This document shows positions 1-8,454 of a DNA stretch of 36,484 nucleotides, piece after piece (position 1 is the stretch's first letter; every line of letters begins with the position of its first letter). Position numbers and translations under genes: made by a program. Origin of the DNA: a virus (Duplodnaviria; Caudoviricetes); the IMG/VR virus record IMGVR_UViG_3300031466_000068, positions 1-36,484 of that record. One strand, given 5' to 3'. A model generated the notes under the pieces. That model ran no database searches. It was not told the origin of the DNA and worked only from the letters and a program-made list of their open reading frames with translations.

Positions 1-127
1 CTTTTTCCCGGTCATCAAGAATGTGTAAGTACTCATATATTTTCTTTTTCTCCATTTTTAAGGAGATCTCATCGACGATATCCTTATTTTTGGATTTCAG
101 AACATCGATGAGTGAAATTTCGTTCCC
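1..127 (-). CDS. sigK: sigK 3' portion (split gene, continues off the window)
   Basis: Minus strand reads [42 protein letters not shown], matching the SigK segment [14 protein letters not shown]...ILDDREK. In-frame TAA just upstream, no start of its own. Confidence 0.93.
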
Positions 128-144
128 CTCATGATGTTATCTGT
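119..144. other. att junction next to the integrase (core TTCGTTCCC 119-127, phage arm TGATGTTATCTGT 132-144)
   Basis: Core identical to 36358-36366; the arm is the exact reverse complement of 36336-36348. Confidence 0.9.
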
Positions 145-1709
145 CTAAGATAATAATGCGGCACTTTAGGATAAAGAATGAGCTCAAAGTCGTCTCTACA
201 CTGCCATTTTTCTTTTTTATAAACGGCTTTCTCAAGAACAGATTTGAGAAGGGCGTTTTTCTTTTTTGGGTCATCGGTTTTGTCATAAAGATCTAATACA
301 TGTTCAACCCTAGGAATGATGTCTTGCTTAGCTTTTAGTTTTTCGCGTTCAAATTCAATTTCTCGTTCGATTTTCTCGATAGCGGTATGAGTTTCGTTGA
401 TTCGATTGGCAATGTTGTTAGAACGCTCCAAAAAAATTTCCTCTGTATAAATCCCGCGTTCAAGCAAGTCAAAAAGCTTACTCTTTTGTATTTCTAATTG
501 TTCAAGCTCTTTTTGAAGCGCATGGATCGATTTTTCCTTTAGGGATAACTCATCTATTCCGATCTCTGTTTCTGTTGGCTTATGGACCTCCCATTGCGCT
601 TTATACGCTTCTAGCCATTCCTTTAAACCATGAAGTAGTTTCTGTTCAACAAGTTCAAAATTAGATGCCTTACATCGGCATCTTGGCTGATTGTAGCACT
701 TAATGTGTGGTTTTTGTTTTACATATGGCCTGAAAACCATGGATCCACCACAAAATCCACATTTTACTATACCGGCTAAAGGGTTACGGACTCCATTGGT
801 TAGCTGATAGGGAACATGATATCTGGTTTTTAGGATTTCTTGTGCTTTTTGATAAACCTCCATAGAGATTAACGGTTCATGCTTTCCTTGAACATCAATC
901 CACTCATCTCTTGGCCGCGTCCTTGTGTCCTTTACTTTACCTGGTTCAGTGGACTTTTTAATCTCTTTTCGTTTCCACTGAATCCTTCCGGCGTAAACGG
1001 CGTTCTTCAAAATATTGAGTACGGATGAGCTTTGCCATGTCTTGCCGGTGTACGTTTTTATACCCATTTCATTTAGTTTATTTGCGATCATGTTGGTGCC
1101 GATCCGTTTATCGGCATCCTCATGTGTATACCACTCAAAAATCATCCGTACTATGTCGGCTTGTTCGGGATGGGGTTCAAGCGTTCGGCCGTTATCTAAT
1201 TCTTTAATTATATATCCATATGGGGGATTAGTGGCTATATAATTGCCATCTTCAATGGACCGGACACGGCCACTTTGCATACGGCGGGTGATAATTTTTA
1301 ACTCGCGCCGAGCCATAAAGGTTTCAAATTCACTGTACTCTTCATCCCACTCATTGTTTAAATCGTATGTTTTACGCGGAGTGATAATTTTTGTATTTGA
1401 TTGTTTAAATGTGTTAAGAATAAGTCCTTGATCTTGCATATTCCCGCGGCCGAGTCGGTCAAGATCCATGCAGAGTACAGCATCATATTTTCCATGATCG
1501 ACTTCTTCCAAGAGTTTTAACATTTGAGGCCGGTGAATTATGGTTTCCCCGGAAACTATCTCTTCGTAAATTTTAACGATATTTAGGTTTTTCTCCCTGG
1601 CTAATTTAAGGAGTGCTTTCTTATGCTTTGCGAGCGTTTCACCTTCGCCACGGGCTTCGGCTTCGAGGTCCGCACGCGATTTCCTCAGATACATGGCTAT
1701 GCGATCCAC
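129..1709 (-). CDS. Large serine recombinase/integrase (SpoIVCA/CisA-like role)
   Basis: YLRKS catalytic Ser, DLDRLGR, PPYGY, recombinase domain (HEPLIS), Zn ribbon CGFC...C..C, coiled coil. Stop codon lies in the att arm. Confidence 0.95.
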   Translation of the reverse strand: MDRIAMYLRKSRADLEAEARGEGETLAKHKKALLKLAREKNLNIVKIYEEIVSGETIIHRPQMLKLLEEVDHGKYDAVLCMDLDRLGRGNMQDQGLILNTFKQSNTKIITPRKTYDLNNEWDEEYSEFETFMARRELKIITRRMQSGRVRSIEDGNYIATNPPYGYIIKELDNGRTLEPHPEQADIVRMIFEWYTHEDADKRIGTNMIANKLNEMGIKTYTGKTWQSSSVLNILKNAVYAGRIQWKRKEIKKSTEPGKVKDTRTRPRDEWIDVQGKHEPLISMEVYQKAQEILKTRYHVPYQLTNGVRNPLAGIVKCGFCGGSMVFRPYVKQKPHIKCYNQPRCRCKASNFELVEQKLLHGLKEWLEAYKAQWEVHKPTETEIGIDELSLKEKSIHALQKELEQLEIQKSKLFDLLERGIYTEEIFLERSNNIANRINETHTAIEKIEREIEFEREKLKAKQDIIPRVEHVLDLYDKTDDPKKKNALLKSVLEKAVYKKEKWQCRDDFELILYPKVPHYYLRQITS

Positions 1710-1733
1710 TAAAAATCACCCCTTATGATAATA

Positions 1734-2081
1734 TTACACACGATATACCTTCATTTGCATGACATCTTCGATGTCGGATATTTGAATAATTAAATGTTCA
1801 ACCTCAGATAAGTCGTAACCTTTATATCTCTTAAGGATATTCTTAAGGTTTATTCCAAATGAGTTGGGCTTATCAAGGTTAATCAATAAATCCTCAATAT
1901 TAACAGAACACCCAATTAAATCGCCAAAGTCTTCACCAATGATGCGTTCAAATGGTGCCATTACATCAACATAAATAGTCGATGATTCCCATGGTACACC
2001 AGACACGCTAAAATTGACCACAGCCCACTTAGGGAATAGGCTGCCATCTACATCAGTATCATAAAAAACTTTAACCTTCAT
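1734..2081 (-). CDS. Hypothetical protein between ImmA-like gene and integrase
   Basis: 115-aa ORF overlapping the upstream gene end, AAGGA RBS; no motif recognised. Confidence 0.75.
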   Translation of the reverse strand: MKVKVFYDTDVDGSLFPKWAVVNFSVSGVPWESSTIYVDVMAPFERIIGEDFGDLIGCSVNIEDLLINLDKPNSFGINLKNILKRYKGYDLSEVEHLIIQISDIEDVMQMKVYRV

Positions 2082-2682
2082 TGTAAACCAGTTCCTTTTT
2101 CTTTAATTGTTGTTGGAGCTTGTACATGATTCTTTTGGTTTCGTCGGAACAGTCAGCTAGATTAAATGGTTTAGTTTTTGGACGGGAAACCTCGCGCAGA
2201 TATTCGTCATATCTATGTTGATAAAGTTGTCTTTGGTACATCTCCAGGCGAATTTTGGCCGTTTTATAGGTCACATTAAATGTTTCGGAAATAAATTCTA
2301 CGGTATGTTCCGGTGGTAAATATAATTCCCTAAGCATAAATGTTGGCACACAAAAATGCAGCATAAAATTATTGGCTTTTTGTTCTTGGAATTCAACAAA
2401 AGAAGGGGGGAGGTTTAGTTGATTCCCTTCATGATTTAAGATATGGCACAATTCGTGCCCGAAATCTTCCCATTGATTTTGAAATGATTGGTTTTCATTG
2501 ATAATAATACTGTGTAATCCTTTTCTGCAAACTGCACGACTATTAAATTCTTTAGAATAATGTATCCATATATTTAAACGTATAGCAATTACGTTTAAAT
2601 TAAGGTCTTCTGGTTGCAATATTCGAATATGGTAATATAAGTTCCTTACTTGTTCCTCTAGTATGGTATATTTATAGCTCAT
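2071..2682 (-). CDS. ImmA/IrrE-family metallopeptidase (anti-repressor)
   Basis: HELCH (HExxH) and E..AN.F motifs; lysogeny-module position. Confidence 0.9.
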   Translation of the reverse strand: MSYKYTILEEQVRNLYYHIRILQPEDLNLNVIAIRLNIWIHYSKEFNSRAVCRKGLHSIIINENQSFQNQWEDFGHELCHILNHEGNQLNLPPSFVEFQEQKANNFMLHFCVPTFMLRELYLPPEHTVEFISETFNVTYKTAKIRLEMYQRQLYQHRYDEYLREVSRPKTKPFNLADCSDETKRIMYKLQQQLKKKELVYNEG

Positions 2683-2703
2683 AACTGCCCCCCTTTATAT
2701 ATA

Positions 2704-2729
2704 GGAATATACGTTCTCATCTTATTATA
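2704..2729 (-). promoter_or_regulatory. -10 TATAAT (2724-2729) with downstream LexA/Cheo-like SOS box (2704-2717)
   Basis: Minus strand AGAAC-GTAT-ATTCC, one mismatch to the GAAC-N4-GTTC core, between the -10 and the immA-like RBS. Confidence 0.6.
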
Positions 2730-2732
2730 AGC

Positions 2733-2760
2733 AAAAAAAAACACCCAGTAAATGGGTATT
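2733..2760 (-). terminator. Intrinsic terminator after DUF3037 gene
   Basis: Minus strand ATACCCA-ttta-CTGGGTGT followed by a long T run. Confidence 0.75.
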
Positions 2761-2765
2761 GAAAA

Positions 2766-3581
2766 TTAACTACGGTATAAAATTGATTCTGTTTTATCAA
2801 TAAACTTTGAGAACTCTTCAAGAGTATATACTTCAATAAATTTTTTAAGTTCCTCAACAGCTATCCTCTCATATTTTTTTTCAAATTGAGTATTATTAAC
2901 AACAACTTTAATATCAGAAGTATCAAGACTGCTGGAATACTTAAAATAAAGTAGATCATACAAAAAAGATTTAATTTCATTAAGCATTTTATTGTGTCTT
3001 CTATAGTCTAAACTTAAAGCTTTTATTAATGTCTCATGATTATTTAACTTCAAGGAAAAATCAAATGCTTGTTGTTGAAAATTATTTTTTAATTTTGGAT
3101 TCCGATCAACATAAGGTTTCAATTTACTGCTTGTAATTATTTTTGAAACTAAACTTTTTACTTTATATTTATCTATTCGTTCCGACTTCTTTTTATCATA
3201 ATATAAATAAATATTACATAAATCTTCAATATCTTCGCTTAAATCATCACTACTGAAAGTCTTTATATTGCTAAATTGAAATTGATTTACATAATATGAT
3301 GTTTCCTTTTCTAAGAAATCATCATATTCTAGCCCTTTCAAATCTGGAGAGTGGATTGTGTTAGTATTAAATTGATACTCGAGCGATTCTAGAAGCACTT
3401 TAATTACATCAATTTCAAGCTCATCATCAAAGTTTTTTATCCGAGTGAGGTTTTTTGTTTTATAAAAATGGCAAAATTTCTCTTCAGGTACATGCACTAA
3501 AACGCCTACGTTTATTGCTTCGCCTCTCATTATATCTGGAACATATCTACATACTGAATAATGAACTATGCTAGATCGCAT
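2766..3581 (-). CDS. DUF3037-domain protein
   Basis: N-terminal YSVCRYVPDIMRGEAINVGV signature; ATG 3581 behind AAAGGTGGTG, overlapping the kinase stop. Confidence 0.8.
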   Translation of the reverse strand: MRSSIVHYSVCRYVPDIMRGEAINVGVLVHVPEEKFCHFYKTKNLTRIKNFDDELEIDVIKVLLESLEYQFNTNTIHSPDLKGLEYDDFLEKETSYYVNQFQFSNIKTFSSDDLSEDIEDLCNIYLYYDKKKSERIDKYKVKSLVSKIITSSKLKPYVDRNPKLKNNFQQQAFDFSLKLNNHETLIKALSLDYRRHNKMLNEIKSFLYDLLYFKYSSSLDTSDIKVVVNNTQFEKKYERIAVEELKKFIEVYTLEEFSKFIDKTESILYRS

Positions 3582-4395
3582 CGAGTTCACCACCTTTCCA
3601 ATCCGGACATTTATCTTTTAATAAATCCAAAAAGACATTTTTATTTTTTATTCTATACCAAATGAACTCGATTAAACCATTTTTATCATCGGAATTTAAT
3701 CCCCAACTTTCTGGTATCTCATCGCAACACCATTCAATATCGGACTTAGTTAATTGTGAAATTTTAACCATTACTTTGTGGAAGGGATTAAAACCATTAA
3801 TGTATTTTAATAAAACTTTATAATTGTGTCCATGAAAGTCTTTGACAAGAGTTAAAGGTTCTTTATGAATCTGTTCTAATTGATATTTATCCCATAATGC
3901 TCCAATTTTAAAAACATGAGTATGATCGATAATTATTATTTTCTTTTCCTTTAAATCAAATAATAAATTGCCTTTATTTTCTGTCCGATCATCATTGTAA
4001 ATTATTTGATCAAACAAAATAATGGATGGAATATCATCAGTATTCACCGCGATTCGAAGCATTGGAGGTTGTATTGATGGTGTTGATTTTTTTATGAATT
4101 TGCTTCCAAAATGAATACCTGGTCTTATACCTAATTCTTGAAGGCGTTTTGACGATTGTATCATCTCATTATTTATATGTATTAGCGCGGCATTTGGTAT
4201 GGGTAAACCTAATAATTTGGCTAATTTGTAGCAAACAAGTTCATTTATTAATACTCTTGGTCCCTCAGGATTTTCCATGACTTTAACTACAAATGTATCG
4301 TTAGTGCATCTCATCAATAAGGGATTTGTATTACCATTTCCAATTTCACGTTCAAACGAAAGTGCTTCTTCTATACTTATTTCGAAGTGTTCCAA
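3571..4395 (-). CDS. HipA-like (HipA_2-type) Ser/Thr kinase
   Basis: G.T.P loop, VVK, LINELVCYKLAKLLGLPIP, FDQIIYNDDR...NKGNLL, IIDH kinase motifs. Probable TTG start 4395. Confidence 0.85.
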   Translation of the reverse strand: MEHFEISIEEALSFEREIGNGNTNPLLMRCTNDTFVVKVMENPEGPRVLINELVCYKLAKLLGLPIPNAALIHINNEMIQSSKRLQELGIRPGIHFGSKFIKKSTPSIQPPMLRIAVNTDDIPSIILFDQIIYNDDRTENKGNLLFDLKEKKIIIIDHTHVFKIGALWDKYQLEQIHKEPLTLVKDFHGHNYKVLLKYINGFNPFHKVMVKISQLTKSDIEWCCDEIPESWGLNSDDKNGLIEFIWYRIKNKNVFLDLLKDKCPDWKGGELDAI

Positions 4396-4499
4396 ATACA
4401 ACCCACCTTTATAAAACATAAATTGGGTAGATACCTTGATGTTTAATTTATTCTCTTTGTTTATCCTTAGATTTCAAGATCTAAATAATCAAAGGCATA

Positions 4500-5429
4500 T
4501 TACCCTTGCCTTTTCAAGCGAAGGATTTCTTTCCGTTTATTAGTTAGCGCTTTATAAAGTAAATATGTTATAAATTCAGATACGATAAAATAAATCCAGC
4601 CATAAACAAGGCTCAATAATAAGTTTGCGATTCCCAGAAAAGTAATTAGAAAAAGGATGACGAATTTGGAATAAAATAATCGAACTATTGGATTGTCCCA
4701 TTGTTTGGATTTTTCTTCTGTTGTTGCAATCATGGATTGTACAGGCGTCTTTGGTTGAGTAAATGTCCTAGGTTGAGTAAGTGTATTCGTTTGAGTTGCT
4801 GTCCTTTCTTGAGTAAATATATATGTATCAGATCTTTTAAAATTGGTTTCTTTCGGTTGATATTTTCTCATGGGCCTATGGGACAATATTTCCTTTAGAT
4901 AATAATCTCCATGAGGGTTTTTTCTTTTTAGAAGTTCTAGAAGCAACATAATATCATCCAATGCCCTATGTGATTGATCAGTGGCTATTCCATGATCCTT
5001 TAATAAAGTGATGAGTTTTTTATTGGCATGGCCATAATCTTTCCAAGCAATATGGCGCATAGAACAATGCCATTTATGATTATTAACTTCCGGATACATA
5101 TGGTATAGAAAACTTCTGTCAAAGGACGCATTATGGGCAATAAGAATGTCAGCCCGTGAAAAAATACCTTTAATGACGTCATCATCGAATTTTTTCCCTT
5201 TTACTTTCTTAAAAGGGATGCCGTGGATCCTAAAAGCAACATCATAATTTTGTATTGCTGCCGGCGAAAGTGGTTCCCGAAGATAAGTATGTTCCTCAAT
5301 CACTTCGAGAATTTCACCGGTTTCTTGATTGAAGGAAAACAAAATGGCAGCAAATTCAATGATTTCATCCATTCCTGGGGTTAACCCTGTTGTTTCGGTA
5401 TCAATTAAACAACCTATTGACGTCTTCAA
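4500..5429 (-). CDS. DEDDh (DnaQ-like) 3'-5' exonuclease with T/Q-rich linker and C-terminal membrane anchor
   Basis: DTETTG, AHNASFD, HRALDD motifs; hydrophobic C-terminus FVILFLITFLGIANLLLSLVYGWIYFIVSEFITYLLY. Probable TTG start 5429. Confidence 0.85.
   Translation of the reverse strand: MKTSIGCLIDTETTGLTPGMDEIIEFAAILFSFNQETGEILEVIEEHTYLREPLSPAAIQNYDVAFRIHGIPFKKVKGKKFDDDVIKGIFSRADILIAHNASFDRSFLYHMYPEVNNHKWHCSMRHIAWKDYGHANKKLITLLKDHGIATDQSHRALDDIMLLLELLKRKNPHGDYYLKEILSHRPMRKYQPKETNFKRSDTYIFTQERTATQTNTLTQPRTFTQPKTPVQSMIATTEEKSKQWDNPIVRLFYSKFVILFLITFLGIANLLLSLVYGWIYFIVSEFITYLLYKALTNKRKEILRLKRQG
4746..4817. repeat. Four degenerate 18-bp tandem repeats encoding xTQxxT linker
   Basis: cgtctttggttgagtaaa / tgtcctaggttgagtaag / tgtattcgtttgagttgc / tgtcctttcttgagtaaa. 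Confidence 0.75.
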
Positions 5430-5519
5430 AGTCACACCACCCAAAAGCTTGCATAGCACAGAACATTTAGAAAACAAAAAGACATGCTATAAACTTCTGC
5501 ACGTCTTAGATGTAAAAAT

Positions 5520-5882
5520 TTATTCTCCTTGCTTATCCCCAGGTTTTCGATCCTTTTCTTGTTGTTTTATAAATTCCCAGAACCGTCTAAGTTCAGCCTG
5601 TCTTTCTGGCGATGCCTCTTTTAATTCCTTAAACCACAGGCCAAGTTCCGGATCTTCGAATTCTTCTTTACCTGAGTTGGGGCTATCGGTACGGCCAAGC
5701 AAATAATCTACAGATACCTCGAAGAAGTCTGCTAATTTTTGGAGAGTTTCAGTATCTGGTGTCCTATTTCCATTTTCATATCCCGATATTGAAACTTTTG
5801 TAACATTTACTTTTGCACCTAGTTGTTCTTGTGTCAGTTTCTTTTGATACCTTAATTCCTTAAGTCTTTCAGGAAATCCCAT
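5520..5882 (-). CDS. Prophage repressor (XRE/ImmR-like HTH)
   Basis: RLKELR..KKLTQEQL...ISGYENGNRTPD..TLQKLADFFEVSVDYLLGRTD; ATG 5882 behind GAGGTG; divergent from cro. Confidence 0.92.
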   Translation of the reverse strand: MGFPERLKELRYQKKLTQEQLGAKVNVTKVSISGYENGNRTPDTETLQKLADFFEVSVDYLLGRTDSPNSGKEEFEDPELGLWFKELKEASPERQAELRRFWEFIKQQEKDRKPGDKQGE

Positions 5883-5912
5883 AATACACCTCTCCATAAT
5901 TGGCCTAAGTAA

Positions 5913-5941
5913 ATTATAGGTTAACCATATGCTAACGTAAA
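5913..5941 (-). promoter_or_regulatory. Leftward sigma-A promoter for repressor
   Basis: TTTACG-N17-TATAAT on the minus strand; spacer holds operator GTTAAC-catat-GCTAAC (5920-5936). Confidence 0.7.
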
Positions 5942-5979
5942 TAAAGTTAACTAAATAGAAATTTTTTTATAAAAAAAGC

Positions 5980-6028
5980 TTGACTGTTAACAAGATGTTA
6001 ACTATAATTGAGTTAACAACAGGTTAAC
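5980..6028 (+). promoter_or_regulatory. Rightward lytic sigma-A promoter with two operators
   Basis: TTGACT (5980-5985)-N17-TATAAT (6003-6008). The spacer is exactly GTTAAC-aagat-GTTAAC; second operator at 6012-6028. Confidence 0.85.
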
Positions 6029-6046
6029 AGAAGGTGGTGCAAAAAT

Positions 6047-6271
6047 TTGAAAAGAAATAAATTGATTGAGATACGAAAACTTCATAAGATGACTTTACAA
6101 CAGGTTGCCGATGAAATAAATGTAAGTAAACCTTACTATTGGCAAATTGAAAATGGAGAAAGAGGGTTATCTTATGAATTGGCAACTAAGATAGCTTCAG
6201 TGTTTAACTTAAAACCCGACGATATTTTTTTGGATGATGAGTTAACAAAGAGTGAACAAAATTCGGCATAG
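6047..6271 (+). CDS. Cro-like HTH regulator
   Basis: 74-aa XRE HTH divergent from the repressor; AAGGTGG RBS, TTG start. Confidence 0.88.
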   Translation: MKRNKLIEIRKLHKMTLQQVADEINVSKPYYWQIENGERGLSYELATKIASVFNLKPDDIFLDDELTKSEQNSA

Positions 6272-6385
6272 GCAAGTTAACCACTAAAGTGTTTTCTCCT
6301 TAAAAGGTAGGTGATGACCATGGCAATTAACAGGGCTGTCCTTCTCGATCAACATCATATGGATGTACCGAGGAGGAATGCCAGC

Positions 6386-6559
6386 ATGACTGAGCAACAA
6401 GAAAAATATGATGCCACATATAAGTTCGGCAATACCACGGTCCATGTGGTGGCACCAAAGCAGATAACTCCTGAAAAATTCGACCGGGTGATGAAAGAAT
6501 TCCATAATGCCGGCTGGTCGATCATCAATGAGCTCATAAGAAAAGGCAAGGAGGTGTAA
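6386..6559 (+). CDS. Small early phage protein (57 aa)
   Basis: GAGGAGG RBS before ATG 6386; MTEQQEKYDATYKFGNTTVHVVAP... Confidence 0.75.
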   Translation: MTEQQEKYDATYKFGNTTVHVVAPKQITPEKFDRVMKEFHNAGWSIINELIRKGKEV

Positions 6560-6563
6560 TGAC

Positions 6564-6770
6564 ATGGAAAAGACCATCCCTTTTGAAGTTCTTCTTTTCC
6601 TCAAAGATGGTATCAAACACGAGATCAGAGAGCTTCTCAGATCCAATATTAAACCTGATGCAAATTTTTTAAGTCAAGTTGAAAATAGTATTCGCTTTCT
6701 GGATGAACATCAATCGGTGAGTACTAAAAACCTGTGGGATCTGTTTAATGAATTAAAAGCTCTATCCTGA
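6564..6770 (+). CDS. Hypothetical protein
   Basis: AAGGAGGTG RBS; in early operon. Confidence 0.75.
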   Translation: MEKTIPFEVLLFLKDGIKHEIRELLRSNIKPDANFLSQVENSIRFLDEHQSVSTKNLWDLFNELKALS

Positions 6771-6837
6771 TGATTATTTTAACGATTTGTTCCTTCACAA
6801 CTAAATATCGTTTTTGTGAAAGAAAGGGAGATGTAAT

Positions 6838-7335
6838 TTGTCGATTGGTGAAAGCTTATTAGCTTACAGGACACAGAAAGGATTGAGTCAACAAGAGATT
6901 GCTAACGAACTTCATGTCGATCGTTCGTTAATCTCAAAGTTGGAACATGGTAAGGAGAAAATTGCCGAACATCATGAACCTGCCATTGCTAAACTAAATT
7001 GGCGACTTGCTCTGACGATAATTGATGAAAAGAGCGGCGGATACATATCAAACATCTTAGATGAGGTCCCGAACTTAGATCTTCACCCGGCCGCACTAAA
7101 GGATTTACTTTTGAAGGAACTTAACGAAGCAGAAGAAGCATTGGAGGGTCTCTTGTTGGCGCGACATCTTGATCCGGAAAAAAGAAAGCAGACGGCTGAA
7201 AAAACGTGGCATGAGATCCGTGATGTCATCGAAAAGGCCCTAATCATGCAAGGTGTCTTAGAAGAAGAGTTCGGATTGGATGCTAACAGACTGAAAATAG
7301 TGCACGAATATCAACTCAAGCGCGGTGAGCGCTAA
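6838..7335 (+). CDS. XRE-family HTH protein with helical C-terminal domain
   Basis: GLSQQEIANELHVDRSLISKLEHG HTH; GGGAG RBS. Confidence 0.85.
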   Translation: MSIGESLLAYRTQKGLSQQEIANELHVDRSLISKLEHGKEKIAEHHEPAIAKLNWRLALTIIDEKSGGYISNILDEVPNLDLHPAALKDLLLKELNEAEEALEGLLLARHLDPEKRKQTAEKTWHEIRDVIEKALIMQGVLEEEFGLDANRLKIVHEYQLKRGER

Positions 7336-7397
7336 ATTTTATCAAGAGCGTTGGACAAGCAGTTTAACCTATTCGTGTACGAAGGGGGTTCAGAAAT

Positions 7398-7643
7398 TTG
7401 CAAAAGCTCGAAGAAAAAGTTATGTCAGAACATCTACTTGAAGCAACGCGATTAGTGAAGCTTATCGATCACTTCAATCAAAGAGGAAAATTCGATATGG
7501 CGTATGAATGCCATAAAAAATTAGAAAGGCTTTATGCATACAAACGTGAACAAGAACAGCTTGAATTGTTGAAGCAAAACTTGATCGCGCGAGGATATTC
7601 AGAAATCGTCATAAAAATTGAGGAGGTCCATTTACATGGGTGA
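7398..7643 (+). CDS. Hypothetical protein
   Basis: AAGGGGG RBS, TTG start. Confidence 0.7.
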   Translation: MQKLEEKVMSEHLLEATRLVKLIDHFNQRGKFDMAYECHKKLERLYAYKREQEQLELLKQNLIARGYSEIVIKIEEVHLHG

Positions 7644-7851
7644 AATTACAGTCGGCGAATACCTAAGCCTTAAGGCTAAAAAGGACATTCTTTTTAACGG
7701 TTTGCAGTGGTGTCTCTCAACCAAGCAAAATACATTAAAAATCAGTCAAGCAGCGTTTGAATTTGGTTTGATAAAGACCGAAATTGCTTCAATCGAAGCG
7801 GACTTAAGAAAAAAACTAAATAAAAAGACTGTCGCAAATGCGACAGCCTAA
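7636..7851 (+). CDS. Hypothetical protein
   Basis: GAGGAGG RBS before ATG 7636. Confidence 0.7.
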   Translation: MGEITVGEYLSLKAKKDILFNGLQWCLSTKQNTLKISQAAFEFGLIKTEIASIEADLRKKLNKKTVANATA

Positions 7852-7883
7852 CGCCAACTCCATTATACCCCCTGATGCTAACC

Positions 7884-7984
7884 ATGGCAAGTGCGACTGC
7901 GGTCGCTCTCGCCGTTGGAGCCATGAGTTTCCACTCACAAACACGTTCGTCTCCTCATGGCTCGAACGGCGCGAAAGTGCGCCA
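7884..7984. repeat. Structured repeat copy 1 (candidate regulatory RNA)
   Basis: Near-identical to 8370-8454; folds into closing stem TGGCA/TGCGCCA, hairpin GCGAC-tgcg-GTCGC and long stem CGCCGTTgGAGCCATGAG/CTCATGGCTCgAACGGCG. Confidence 0.85.
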
Positions 7985-8049
7985 GCAAACGGGAGACCGA
8001 ATTAGAGTGGTCCGTGCCAAATACATATCGTGGAAAAGGAGGAATGAAA

Positions 8050-8202
8050 ATGACCTATGAAGCGTGGATCAACGGCATTAAGCAATTAAACGTGGAACTC
8101 AACAAAGAGAGCCTCGGGATTATAGGACTTATCAATCGAATAGCTGAAAACGCCAAAAAGGAGGAAAACAAGGGTGACAAAAATCAGCAATTTCCTGGCT
8201 GA
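8050..8202 (+). CDS. Small hypothetical protein
   Basis: AGGAGG RBS at 8037-8042, ATG 8050. Confidence 0.65.
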   Translation: MTYEAWINGIKQLNVELNKESLGIIGLINRIAENAKKEENKGDKNQQFPG

Positions 8203-8338
8203 CTATGTATCAGACGGCGACCTTCACGCACGATTGGAAAATGTTAAATACTCGACGGGACTCAGGAAGATCATTACGATCGGGGACATGCTTGATCATT
8301 TTGAAAAAGAAAAAAGCACTGACAAAGTCAGCGCATAA
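8174..8338 (+). CDS. Small hypothetical protein (54 aa, not in ORF track)
   Basis: AAGGAGG RBS, GTG start; MTKISNFLADYVSDGDLHARLENVKYSTGLRKIITIGDMLDHFEKEKSTDKVSA. Confidence 0.6.
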   Translation: MTKISNFLADYVSDGDLHARLENVKYSTGLRKIITIGDMLDHFEKEKSTDKVSA

Positions 8339-8369
8339 CCCAACAAAATTTTATATCATTTCCCCCTTG

Positions 8370-8454
8370 ATGGCAAGTGCGACCGCGGTCGCTCTCGCCG
8401 TTGGAGCCATGAGTTTCCACTCTCCTCATGACTCGAACGGCGCGAAAAGTGCCA
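8370..8454. repeat. Structured repeat copy 2 (candidate regulatory RNA upstream of antirepressor)
   Basis: Same fold as copy 1 with a shorter loop (TTTCCACTCTC). Confidence 0.85.

Noticed and set aside
1710-1800. Sigma-E promoter for the integrase
   Set aside because: Only weak partial matches (GTCATGC, CATGCAAA) with poor spacing.
1015-5706. Plus-strand ORFs over the integrase, exonuclease and repressor
   Set aside because: Antisense shadows without supporting signals.
7742-8060. ORFs 7742-7924, 7875-8060 and the 5' part of 7957-8202 (MASATAVALAVGA pseudo signal peptide)
   Set aside because: No RBS; these are translations of the GC-rich repeat, whose conservation follows base pairing.
7884-8454. 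CRISPR array or IS ends
   Set aside because: Only two long copies about 490 bp apart, with no spacer series, cas or transposase gene.
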